Below, piece after piece: positions 49,772-60,762 of a stretch of DNA of 64,000 nt. Under the pieces are notes generated by a model. It saw only the letters and a program-made list of their open reading frames with translations. It made no database searches and had not been told where the DNA came from. Numbering within the stretch: position 1 is the first letter of the stretch; each line of letters begins with the position of its first letter. Source of the stretch: Utricularia gibba (Eukaryota; Plantae; Magnoliophyta); the NCBI GenBank assembly GCA_002189035.1, contig NEEC01000010.1, forward strand, positions 3,224,001 to 3,288,000, given 5' to 3'. The position numbers and the translations under genes are program-made.

Positions 49772-50189
49772 CCTTTTCTTCGATTAATCAGCAGTTCCCA
49801 CCCAAGAAACCCCAAGAACAGCAAAAGATGGTGATTTGGGTTTCAGGGGGCTGGGGTGAATAATGAGCAGTAAATGAAGCGAGCATTTTTCGTCCCAGGA
49901 GAAAGAAAATAAGCTTGGAATTTGCCAATTTGGGCTTCACGTTCAAGCTCCTCTCCACTCTTCATCAATACGCTGTTGAGAATCTTCTAGTTAAACATCT
50001 GCATTTTTTAACTGCTTATTTCTGTAAATCATGGTCATTACTCCCCGCCCCTTGGGATCCACCATTTTTTTTGGTTTGGGGAGATAAAGATGATGCAGGA
50101 TTCTTACGGAAAGCAGTCAGGATTAATTACTAATTTACCCTGGTAATTGAAATAATTCGGAAAATGAATATGGTTTTCCACGTGTACAC

Positions 50190-50257
50190 AAGGCCCATGA
50201 GCCCATTTTAGACTGATGGCCCAAACGTTTTAAGGCCCGTTTGACGACTAGGGTTAA
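50190..50257. promoter_or_regulatory. Site II plus telo-box module typical of ribosomal protein promoters
   Basis: AGGCCCATGAGCCCA, TGGCCCA and AGGCCCG followed by TAGGGTT (telo-box), upstream of RPL13. Confidence 0.65.
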
Positions 50258-50741
50258 TATAACCATTTCCATCCACTCAAGGCGATAGTTGCAGCGGCGA
50301 ATCCCGTGGCGGCGGTGCTTCACTTCTCTCATCTCCCGCCTCATTCTCATCGTGAGTTGAAGCTTTGAATTGTTGGTTATTAGCGTTGCTTTTGTCTGCG
50401 TTAGCTTCATCTTATGGGAGGTGTCGAGGAACTTGTATTATGAATTCGTCGTCCATGTACCATGTTCTTTATTTTCTCTGAAGAAATGTGGTAGTTGGTT
50501 ATTCGGGCGTTGATGTCTGGTTGTTTCTCTTGACTTCTGATCCTATTAACTGCGTCAGGTAGATTGTTAGAGGAGGATCACGGTTATTTTCAGAAGGTTT
50601 TCTTGTGATTATGTTTCAAGTTGATTACTTTTTTCTATTACGAGTTGTTATGCCGTTTATCTCCCAATCCGATGAAAATTTGCTGAAGAATCCCAAGACG
50701 ATAAACTCTGCTGAAGAATTTGATTTTGGTATAGTTAAAAA

Positions 50742-51901
50742 ATGGTGAAGCACAACAATGTTGTGCCAAGTAGCCACTTCAGGAAGCATTGGCAAAATTA
50801 TGTCAAGACCTGGTTCAACCAGCCGGCAAGAAAGACAAGAAGAAGAGCTGGTATTGTTGCCCAGCAATTTGATTTTATTGAAATTGATTTTTGTCACCCC
50901 TAAGCATTTGGATGCTCATTTGAAATGCTTGCTGCATTTTTACAGCTAGACAAAAGAAAGCTGTGAAGGTGTTCCCCAGGCCGACTGCCGGGCCTCTGCG
51001 TCCCATTGTTCGTGGGCAGACACTGAAGTACAACATGAAAGTCAGAGCTGGAAAGGGATTTTCTTTGGAGGAGCTCAAGGTAGGGTTCTATTTATGTTAT
51101 TCTTGTAGATTGACAAAATATAAGTTCTTCCCTGGATTTATTTTGCAAGCTTTTCAAATTTCATCCTCTTATATCATCTTTTTGGCTGTATTCAAGTTCA
51201 CTTGATTGACATAGATATTGTTTTTTTTTTTCATGTAGTCACTTACTGAAGTTGGTTCACTCGGTTGTTGCTGTTTACACTATTAGTGTTTTCTTTTAGA
51301 TTTATCATTTAAAAATGCAATGTTTTTACGGTGCCTGCACTTTTTCTGGATCATGAGCTTCAGAAAGTTTTCTCAGAGCAATGACCTGCCTCCGTTGTCA
51401 CTTACTTACATCTCAATTGTACCTATCAGGCCGCAGGAATTCCTAAGAAACTCGCTCCTACCATCGGTATTGCTGTTGACCACAGGAGAAGGAACCGCTC
51501 CTTGGAGGGCCTTCAAGCCAATGTCCAAAGACTGAAGACTTACAAGGCCAAGCTTGTTGTCTTCCCACGCCGTGCCCGCAAATTCAAGGTAACACGGGTT
51601 ACTTTCATCCACACCATAGCTCTTATTTTTTGCATCCAGGAGCACTAGAGATATCACCCCTTCTCTTATCCCTCAACAGAACGGTGACTCCACCCCTGAG
51701 GAGCTGGCGAATGCTACCCAAGTTTCCGGTTCCTACCTCCCAATTGTTGGAGAGAAACCAAACGTGGAGCTTGTCAAGGTGACTGAAGACATGAAGTCTT
51801 TCAAAGCATATGACAAGCTTCGCCTGGAGAGGACCAACGCCCGCCACGTCGGGAAACGAGCGAAGAGAGCTGCTGAGGCCGAGAAGGAGGAGAAGAAGTA
51901 G
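50742..51901 (+). CDS. RPL13: 60S ribosomal protein L13 (eL13), 4 coding exons plus a 5'UTR intron
   Basis: [72 protein letters not shown], ending AEAEKEEKK*. Confidence 0.98.
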
Positions 51902-52323
51902 GCTGCTCTGGCTGTGTCTGCGTCTCTTGTTCACCAAACCAAACCCCCAGTTGCTCCTGTGCTTTTGTTTGACGACTGCTTTGCTTTTGCTGCTTGTGAC
52001 TGAATGTTTATTTCCAGAACCTTTTCTTTCAAGAAAAAAAAAATATTAAAAATTATTTTTAATTAAATTTCTATATTTATAGAACTTTATTATGCGTAAC
52101 GTCAGTTTTATTTAACCGCATGCCGGTTTATTTTGTAAGTGCTGTTTGAAATTTCTGTTTTTATTTATCGAAATAAATAATAATCATTTGTTGATAAAGC
52201 ATTTATCAGCAATTTGGAAATGTCCAGAAAAGTGAGGTTCGTACGTGTGAACTGTGTGTTCTTGGTTGGATCAAGTTCTTATTTGGCTTTGAGGAAGAAG
52301 ACGAATTTTGCTTTTTCTACTTT

Positions 52324-54597
52324 ATGGGATCGAAGGTAGTTGGATCTAGCTTCTATGGTGGAAGCAAGGAGCCACTGCTCTCGAGACAGAGCCTTTACGA
52401 CCGCGACTCCGATGGCTCCCGTTTCTCTTGGCTCCGGCGACTCTTCAGAGCGTCCGGAGAATGGTTTCTTTCATGGTGGAGGAGCGCTGGAGCCTTCGCA
52501 ATCAGTGCTTATGATATGGGAAGATCCGACCCGAGGAAGGCCGTGTTTGCAGCTAAAGTGGGTGTGGCATTGTCGCTGGTTTCTCTCTTGACTTTCTTCA
52601 AGGAACCTTCGACATATATCACTAAGCATTCTATCTGGGCTCTTCTTACTGTGGTCGTTGTCTTCGAATTCAGTATAGGTCAGTGGTTTTTGAATTATTC
52701 AGGAGGCTCTTGTTCTGCACCTGTTTTTTTTTTTTTTTAATCTCAAGAATCCTTTAAATGTGCCCTTTGAAGTGTTAAATCAATAGTATTTTGATGTCTT
52801 CCAATCTTCTACCTTTTCCTGAATAATGTTAAAGATTAGCCTTTTTGTTTTCAGCTCCTTCAGGGCAGTACCTGTGACAGTTTATTTTTGTGCAACCGAG
52901 TATATTTGTTCTGGTTTGCATTGTTTTCTGCTTGAGTGACAGGAGCTACGTTGAGCAAGGGGTTTAATCGGGCATTAGGGACCTTACTTGCTGGTGCACT
53001 GTCCCTTGGAATCGCGAAATTGTCTATCATGGCTGGAGAATTAAGTGAAGTTGTGGTTGTGATCAATATATTTATCGCAGGTCAGTCATCCTTCTTACTG
53101 TAAAATGTGTTGTCTTGCATTTTTTTTTGCAATGGTGCTACTTGTATTTCTCAGAATTGGGCTTCTGGTATTCTTTTGGCTACGAATGCAAGCTGAACAG
53201 TTTACTTGCCTTCAGGATTTTTGGCTAGTTACTTGAAGTTGCACCCCGATCTGAAGCAATATGAGTACGGATTTCGGGTGTTCCTGTTGACATTTTGCAT
53301 CGTGCTTGTATCTGGATCAGATTTCATCCAAACTGCTAGTTCCAGATTGCTTTTAATAGCTATTGGTGCTGGAATTTGCTTGGTTTTAAATCTCTGCGTT
53401 TTCCCCATTTGGGCTGGAGAAGATCTCCATAAGCTGGTTGCAAAAAACTTTGAAGCGGTTGCAACATCTTTGGAAGGTGAACATTCATGTAGAACAAGTT
53501 TTGTCGCCTTTTAATGTTGATTTTGCATTTCGTCCGTCTTCTCATGCAATGAGCTTAATGCTCAGGCTGCGTGAAAATGTATTTACAGTGCGCTGAGTAC
53601 ATCAGAATACCATCGAAGATCCTTGTGTATCAGCCTTCTGATGATCCCGTGTACAAGGGATATAGAGCTGCTGTTGAGTCCTCGAGCAAAGAGGAATCTC
53701 TGGTAACTGCACCCCCTGTTTCTCCAAGTGTTTGCTCTATTTTATGGTCCAAATAGAACCGTTTTATATGCTGCAGTTAAGTTTTGCTGTATGGGAACCA
53801 CCCCATGGCCGTTACAAAATGTTAAGGTATCCATGGAGTAGCTATATCAAGCTCAGTGGAGCTCTAAGGCATTGTTCTTTCATGGTCATGGCTTTGCATG
53901 GAAGTGTACTTTCAGAGATTCAGGTATCATAAGCCCTTCTTGAAGAACGTTGAACTACCCTAGCCTGATGTTCAGGAACTGGCTCAGCTAGAGTTACTGT
54001 GTGTAGGCTTCAGCTGAACTAAGAACAGTGTTCAGGGATCACATCAATAGAGTCGCAGCTGAAGGAGCTAAGGTGCTGCGTATCATTGGAAAGCAAGTGG
54101 AGAAGATGGAAAAGCTTAGCGGAGGAGACATTCTGCAAGAAGTTCATGATGCTGCAGAGACTCTGCAGCTACTGATTGATCAGAAATCTTATCTGTTGAT
54201 CAACTGTGGAAGTTGGGAAGCTGGAAAAATCCTAGCCAACAATCAAGACCATGCTCCTGAACAAGGGGACAGTGAGCAACATGTAACACGATTGCTAAGC
54301 TCCATCAGTTCTATGAAGCTGAGATCTTTCCAGACACCACTAGCCTCCAGGGAGGACCTGCTTCTTAAACAACAGACGATGTGGCCATCAAGGCTTTCAC
54401 TTGTTGGAGATACCATTGTTAATGAACGGGAAATCCGGACGTATGAAAGTGCTAGTGCGCTATCTCTGTCGACGTTCATGTCGTTGTTGATTGAGCTTGT
54501 TGCAAGGCTTCAAAATCTTGTGGATTCATTCGTGGAACTAAGTGAAAAGGCCAAGTTCAAGGAGCCAGTTGAGACAAACCTGGACCAGCTCCAATGA
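52324..54597 (+). CDS. ALMT: Aluminium-activated malate transporter family anion channel (resembles the vacuolar ALMT4/6/9 clade)
   Basis: [57 protein letters not shown] motif, [31 protein letters not shown]. Confidence 0.93.
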
Positions 54598-54878
54598 ATC
54601 ATTTATAGCTACTAACTTCATATTGTATACATAAAACAATGGCCTTGTTTTTTTCAATAAGAAGGTTTTCACACGGAAGAGGCATACCATGTATCTAGCA
54701 AGCAACAGTAGAGAGGGAATGTGTTTCCATCGAATGCTGATCGCCCAACCTAACCAGTTCATCTTCCTGAATTTGAAGTATCGGCAGATCATTGGAGTTG
54801 AGAAGCAATCGAAAAACCAGAGCATGCAGAGCCAAATGGTACACCCTTGTTGTTAACAGACACAGTATGCTTAGTGTC

Positions 54879-55863
54879 TCACGGTTCCATAGAAGCATCT
54901 TTCTTCTTCTTCTTCTCAAGCTGCATTTTCAGGTAAGCCTTCATCAATTTCTCTCTTTTGGCAGCAGTCTGTTCCTGTCTGCGCAATTTGATCTCCGAAA
55001 CTTTCTCCCTTGCTTGCTTTACTTCTTCATGAACCTCCATCACAAATTGCTTTTGCTGACTCCTATCGATTGAACCCGAGACACGTCCAAGCTTCGTATC
55101 CTTATAGGTTGGTGTATTTTCATCACCCTCACCACCACTCGTCTCAGGAGCAACCGGAGTGGGGATTTCCGTCGGCCCTCTGTGGTCATGCTCAAGCCCC
55201 TTTCTGAAGAAATCAACAGAGTACTTCTCTTGCTCCTCTTCATCCGAAATTTCCCCCCTTACCAGTTTATCATATAGCTCAGCCTTTTTCTCCAATGCTG
55301 CATAGCTTGCTGATCCATCCTGTACAGATTTCAACTCCAATTTATCCCTACAATTGTAAGTATCAAAATCAGAAAACCTCTAAAACTCCACTATCCGATG
55401 AAACCCTAGAATCATAATTAGGCAAAATTCAGACATGATCATTGCTCGATGAACCCTAAAATCATAATTAGGCAACATTCAGACATGATCATTGCTCGAA
55501 CAGCGTCGTTCCAGGGGGAACTGAAATTAATCACCAAAAACTGAAAAAAAGTGCATACTTGGCGGCGCGGGCTTCGACGCCGGCGTTCTTATGTGAGAAA
55601 CCATCGTTGGCCGATATCTTCTTCTTGGCGCGGTGGACCTCCAGGTGCTGTGAGTATTGATGATCGGCTGAGTGGATGGGCTCCTTGGGTTGGCGCTTGG
55701 AGTCTTCCTGCGACTTGTAAAGCTGCGCCTTGAGCTCAAGAATCGAAGACGCCCCAACACCTTCGATTACGCGATGCTTCCGGGGCATTATCGACGTCTC
55801 CGTGATCCATCCCAGCGACTCCACTCCCCTCTTCTTCAAAACCTTCGATTCCTCCTCCGCCAT
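54879..55863 (-). CDS. CCDC174-like conserved coiled-coil protein, 2 exons
   Basis: VESLGWITETSIMPRKHRVIEGVGASSILELKAQLY, NAGVEARAAK|DKL, SYAALEKKAELYDKLVRGE, YSVDF. ATG at 55863. Confidence 0.75.
55396..55499. repeat. Near-perfect ~51-bp tandem duplication in the CCDC174-like intron; each copy has a telo-box-like AACCCTA
   Basis: CGATG(A)AACCCTA(G/A)AATCATAATTAGGCAA(A/C)ATTCAGACATGATCATTGCT at 55396-55446 and 55447-55496. Confidence 0.92.
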
Positions 55864-56092
55864 ATCGTCCGCCTCGCTGGCGTCCTTCTTCCCACCTCCG
55901 ATCACGGTAGGTAAAGTTTTTAATCCTTTTGCTCTTTAAATAAGGGTAACGGGTTACAGGTGTAGCGGTTGTCCACCTGTATTCAATTGGCTTCAATGAC
56001 GTGCTATTTTCCTATTTAATTAAATAAAACGAATATTATTTTCTCCACTGTATGCACTTGGTGTCAAGTCTAATCCACCACTTGCGACGGCG

Positions 56093-58951
56093 ATGGAGGA
56101 CTCACCGGTCGCGGACGAAGTATTCCGACTGGTGGAGCAGGCGAAGGAGCTCAGAGAAACGGCATCATCTCTTCTATCACGCATCTCCGCTGATGAACAC
56201 GCGCTGCGTCAGCGCGTTGCATCGATTGATTCCCGCATAAGTTTGCTATGCGGTTCCAAACTCGATGACGAGGTATGCTGTTGCTTATCCCCGTATTCCT
56301 TTTCGGATTTTCACTTGCATGAGGATTTCGACTTTTTTCCATTTATTTGAATGCTTTTTTTCCGATTGGTTCTTTGTAGCTGAAGGAGGAATTATTGAAA
56401 GCTAGATACGTGTTGAGTGAGGGAGATGCCGCTGCATTTCTTCCTATCAAGTCCCATGGTTTGTTGTGTTGCTGTTTCTATTTTTCAGGGATTTCTGCTC
56501 TAAAAGTCGAGTTCATTGAAAATAATTCTTTTTTTTTTCTTCTGGGGTGAAGGGAGATTCTTGAGGATGCTTTTGGGGCCTATCAATGTTCGAGCGAGTA
56601 GGAAGGACGTTCAACTGAAAGTGAAAGAGGAATACAATAATTTTAGGGTATGGCAATTCCTTTGTAATTTTAGGAAGTTATTTAAAGTTGCTTCCTTTGT
56701 GTCGGCTTTAATCATAACTATTATTCCTGTCATTTTTTAACCCTTCTTTGATTGTGTGATTTCATCGATCGTATTACGTACAGAGAAGCGTTAAAGAACT
56801 ATAGGGATATGACGAATGTGAAACATCTTCACAAGACAAAGCTTTTTTAAAAAAAAAATATATATAAGAGGTGATTGTAATTCTTTGAGACCTTAACAAA
56901 CAAGGTGGTGCAAGATAAATTCACTGTAACATGTAAAAAATGATCAATCTAGATGATAAAATTGTGGCCTCCTGTGGATGATCAAAAAGATTTGCTTGTT
57001 GATCACTCTGGTAGACATTTGATTTGGAGCAGTGTCTGCTTCCTCATTTGATTACATTTTGCATAACCCTTGGCAGGATAGAACTTCGTATTTGTTCCTA
57101 GTTTTGCCGACATTGCTTCTTTTGCTGAAATCATGGATTTGGGATGGATGTATACCAGCATTGCCAGTTCACCTTTATCAGGCAATACACTTGGAGTGTC
57201 TTTCTTGTTTCTTACTTTGAGTTCTTTGGAAGTAATCTGTAATTTATAATCACTGAAATCTTCTCTCAGGCATGGTTGCTCTACCTTTACACTGGTTTAT
57301 CTTTGAGAGAAAACATCTTAAGGGTGAATGGAAGTGATATTCGTCCTTGGTAATTTTGTTTTAGATACATTCATTTTGTCTTCCTCCTGGTCTTTTTCAG
57401 GGAAAACTACCATGTATAGTTTCTCTGTACTTTAAAAGACTTTTGAAATTATTGAAGTTTGCATATTTGAAATTACAAGTTGCTATTAGAGTTTTGTATG
57501 AAATTTCTCCTTGAAATGAAGTTTGATTTTTAGCACATGACTGATGAATGCAAGTAAGCTGTTCACTGTGGATGATAATAGATTGCATCTTCAGCGCCTG
57601 TTTGAGATTTTATACTCGCTCATCTGACCTCCATGATTCTTGAATGAACATTTCTTTTATTTGTAATATGTGAAAGAACAGTTTGCGTAGTTGAAACACT
57701 TTTTTGTTGAAGGTGGATTAAACATCATTACTGTGCTATGGCTATGGCAGCTATTAGCCTTACATGGGATCTGAGGGGACCTGACTGCGCTCAGAAACAA
57801 GTAGGTTCTCGTACAAGGAAAGAATACATAAGCTGCTGATAAGTTTCTCAGACAGGCTGTGTGTTCGTTGCAGAAAGGCCTCGATCTGTTTCTGAAGTGG
57901 GCGATGATGCAAGGAGTCGCAATGATTCTTCAGAATATATATCAACGGCAGAGACTATATACACGTATAGCCCTTGGCAAGGTATTTAGTTTGACCTGTA
58001 ACTACTATATACTCTAGTTCCCTTTCTGGAAGACGCATTTCATCTCTGAATCCCTGTTGCAGCATACCCTATTCCTTTTTTTTTCTACTTGTGGAACGGA
58101 CTGATACATATTACCATCGATAAAAATGTCGATCTTCGTTTTGTGGCGAAATTATTTATTATGTTGTTCCATATAACACATTTAAGTTTCGTAGGATTTT
58201 CGTGACTGGTGGTAGGCTTGGTCCTCACATCTTATAAAAAGTGATCTTAACTAAAAAAAGGAACAAAACGATTTTGTCTAGTTTTCAATTCCTTGTACTC
58301 CGGATCATTTTTCTAGGCAAGACGGATGGATGTAGTTTGGGGGGAAACTGCTGGAGTTGAGGGGCAGTTGTTGATGCTCTGCCCTATTCTTTTCTTATCA
58401 CAGGTAATCTATTTATTCATCTCTTGAACACCTGAGGTTATCAATGAACTCGTGGCTACGTTTTTTGGTTTCCATTAGTTACCCCGTTTTGGACTCTGAT
58501 CTGCAATTTTTTTTTTTTACATTTTTCAGGGTTTTGAAGCTTACCTTGGTGTCATGTTGCTTGAAACTGCACTGGCTGGTTTCAGTTCAGACTGGCAGGT
58601 AATGCTGCCAATGCATAACAATTTTCTTCTGTTCTCCTGTTCATGGTTGCCATGCAAAAGTTGACTATTTAACACTCTTAACCAACCCAGAATAAGAATT
58701 CGCTCACCCTATTTTTCGTTGTGATGATTATATCTGATCTGATCATGCCATGCCACTATTACATGTAGTAACTCGATGTATCTACTCAAATGATTTTGCA
58801 GGTAATCGCTTGTGGTGTTCTTTTGATAATCATGGCTATCGGTAATTTCGCCAACACAGTGCAGACTCTCCTGATAAAAGTCAGGGTTAAGGGCAAAGCT
58901 AAGATTAAGATGGTTAAAAAACAGGCAAGAATTGATAACAAGGATAACTGA
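56093..58951 (+). CDS. TMEM120/TMPIT-like membrane protein
   Basis: N-terminal coiled coil, FLRMLLGPINVRASRKDVQLKVKEEYN, LRENILRVNGSDIRPWWIKHHY, MMQGVAMILQNIYQRQRLYTRIALGK, MDVVWGET, GNFANTVQTL. Confidence 0.9.
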
Positions 58952-59195
58952 CCGTGGCAGACCGTTTTGTGGGAGGAATGTGTGTAAAACGTTGCACAAC
59001 ACATTTATTATACATCATCTTGCTTCTTTGTTATGGCTACTTGAGAATTTTTAATAACAAATTCTTTAGTGCTATGATTAATGCAGTTGATGAGAAGGAC
59101 TAGATAAGATGTTCAATGTGGTGGATGCGTGAAAGGAGCTCTGCAATTGTAAACACAGGGCTTGGTTAACACCTGACTCGCATGTTGATGGATGT

Positions 59196-60436
59196 CTAGA
59201 ATTCTTGACGTATGCTATCCAGTTTCTTGAGGGCCTCGAGTTCTTCACCATGAGCAACTCCAGGATCAACGAAACACAGCTACAACACAAGAGGTTATTC
59301 AAGGTACATAAGGAAGGAGGAATCAGAATTTTCTACCTGGTATTGAGGCTTATTCAGTGTGTGAATACCCCTCTTAATCATACTCTGCCATCCAGCATTC
59401 CGCCTTAGAGCTCTTTCGAGCTCCGCCGTTCTCTAGGAACCCATGATTCGATAAGTGAGTGACAGTCTCAGTAACAGTGAAGTCAATGTTGATGATGTTA
59501 GAAGAATTTTCTTACTGAAGAGGGATCGAAGATTAGCAAGTTGTACTGACGAACACCGTTCCTCTGATGCTTAACTTGGATGCCCACAATCGTTCTTGAA
59601 TGCCCATCATGCTGGAAGTACAAAGGTCTGATTGTGAAATCATGAAAACCAGCGAAGGGTCATGGACAGTCTAAAGGACAATTTCTTCACAATTCAGTTG
59701 GAATGCAGGCAATGATCCTTTACCCTTTCTTACTAAGAATGACACTGTTCTCACTTCGTTTGATGGGGCTATTTGATGAGAAGTGGTTCCACACCCATTC
59801 TGCAAGAACCCTCTGAGCCATATCCTTCTTCCAAGAAGCACTTTGAGAAGAAACTCCTTCATATGAGCCAAGCTTTCCACTAGAGAGGAACGCATCCATT
59901 GGCCCATAAACGCCTGAATTACCCTTGCTTGCTAAGGAGTGAGAACTTGAGGATGCTCCCCCTGAATCCTTACTGCAGAAGTCCACTATCCTTGCGCGCA
60001 GGCCGAAGGACCGGAGCATCGTTGCACATTCTGTAGTTCCTATCCAGCTCTTCTTACCAGATATCCTGTCATCAAAGTCACCTGCTCCCTCAACATCAAA
60101 GCCTTTCCTCCAAGCAAGCTCCAGCCATCCTTGAAGTGATTCTATTGTGGGCACAAAGCCGCAACCACCGTAGAGCAAGTCAGTGGACTCCGGTCGCTCT
60201 CGGAGCAAATAGGAGCTCAGCATCTGTATGTTGCGCCAGCCGCAGCCCCAGCCGGCATCCCAAGTGCTCTGAAAATGATCCACATGCCCACATAATGTAC
60301 TCATCCAACCCTTTGACTCTGACTCCAGGCACTCCCTCAGCAATTCCATCAACCCCCCTTCAACCCTGTGGAATACCTCCTTCCCCTGTGAACAGGCCAA
60401 GGAAACAAATGCCTCACTCAACTCAGCGTTGCTCAT
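59196..60436 (-). CDS. ZUP1/ZUFSP-Mug105 family deubiquitinase (peptidase C78), 4 coding exons
   Basis: DAGWGCGWRNIQML (catalytic Cys), AWRKGFD, WIGTTE, PLYFQHDGHSRTIVG (catalytic His), LLIFDP (Asp), ending KLDSIRQEF*. Confidence 0.9.
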
Positions 60437-60762
60437 AGCTTGGCCTGCACAAACAACCGCAATAGGCAGTAGAAATCAACGTGTATTGAGCTGCTGCCGT
60501 CTGTGGGCTAAAGCAGATTATGGAAAACAACTGCAACTGAAGAGAAAAAAGAAGTGAATCGACAGAAAAATGGATTCCGAGGCCACCGATTTTGGGTTTC
60601 GTTTGCTGAAGAAACTCCGGCTTTGTCGGGTAGAAAGAGTCACAGATTTACCGCAGTAAATTCTGTGTCAAGGTAATACGAATGAATCGACTTTGTGAAA
60701 TTAGTGTGTGTTTTCTCGTAAATCGTATAATTTTAAATCGGTTCAGTTTTAGTATCTTATTC

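Noticed and set aside
50410-51430. Intronic snoRNAs in RPL13
   Set aside because: I found no RTGATGA...CTGA pair with terminal stem and no H/ACA architecture.
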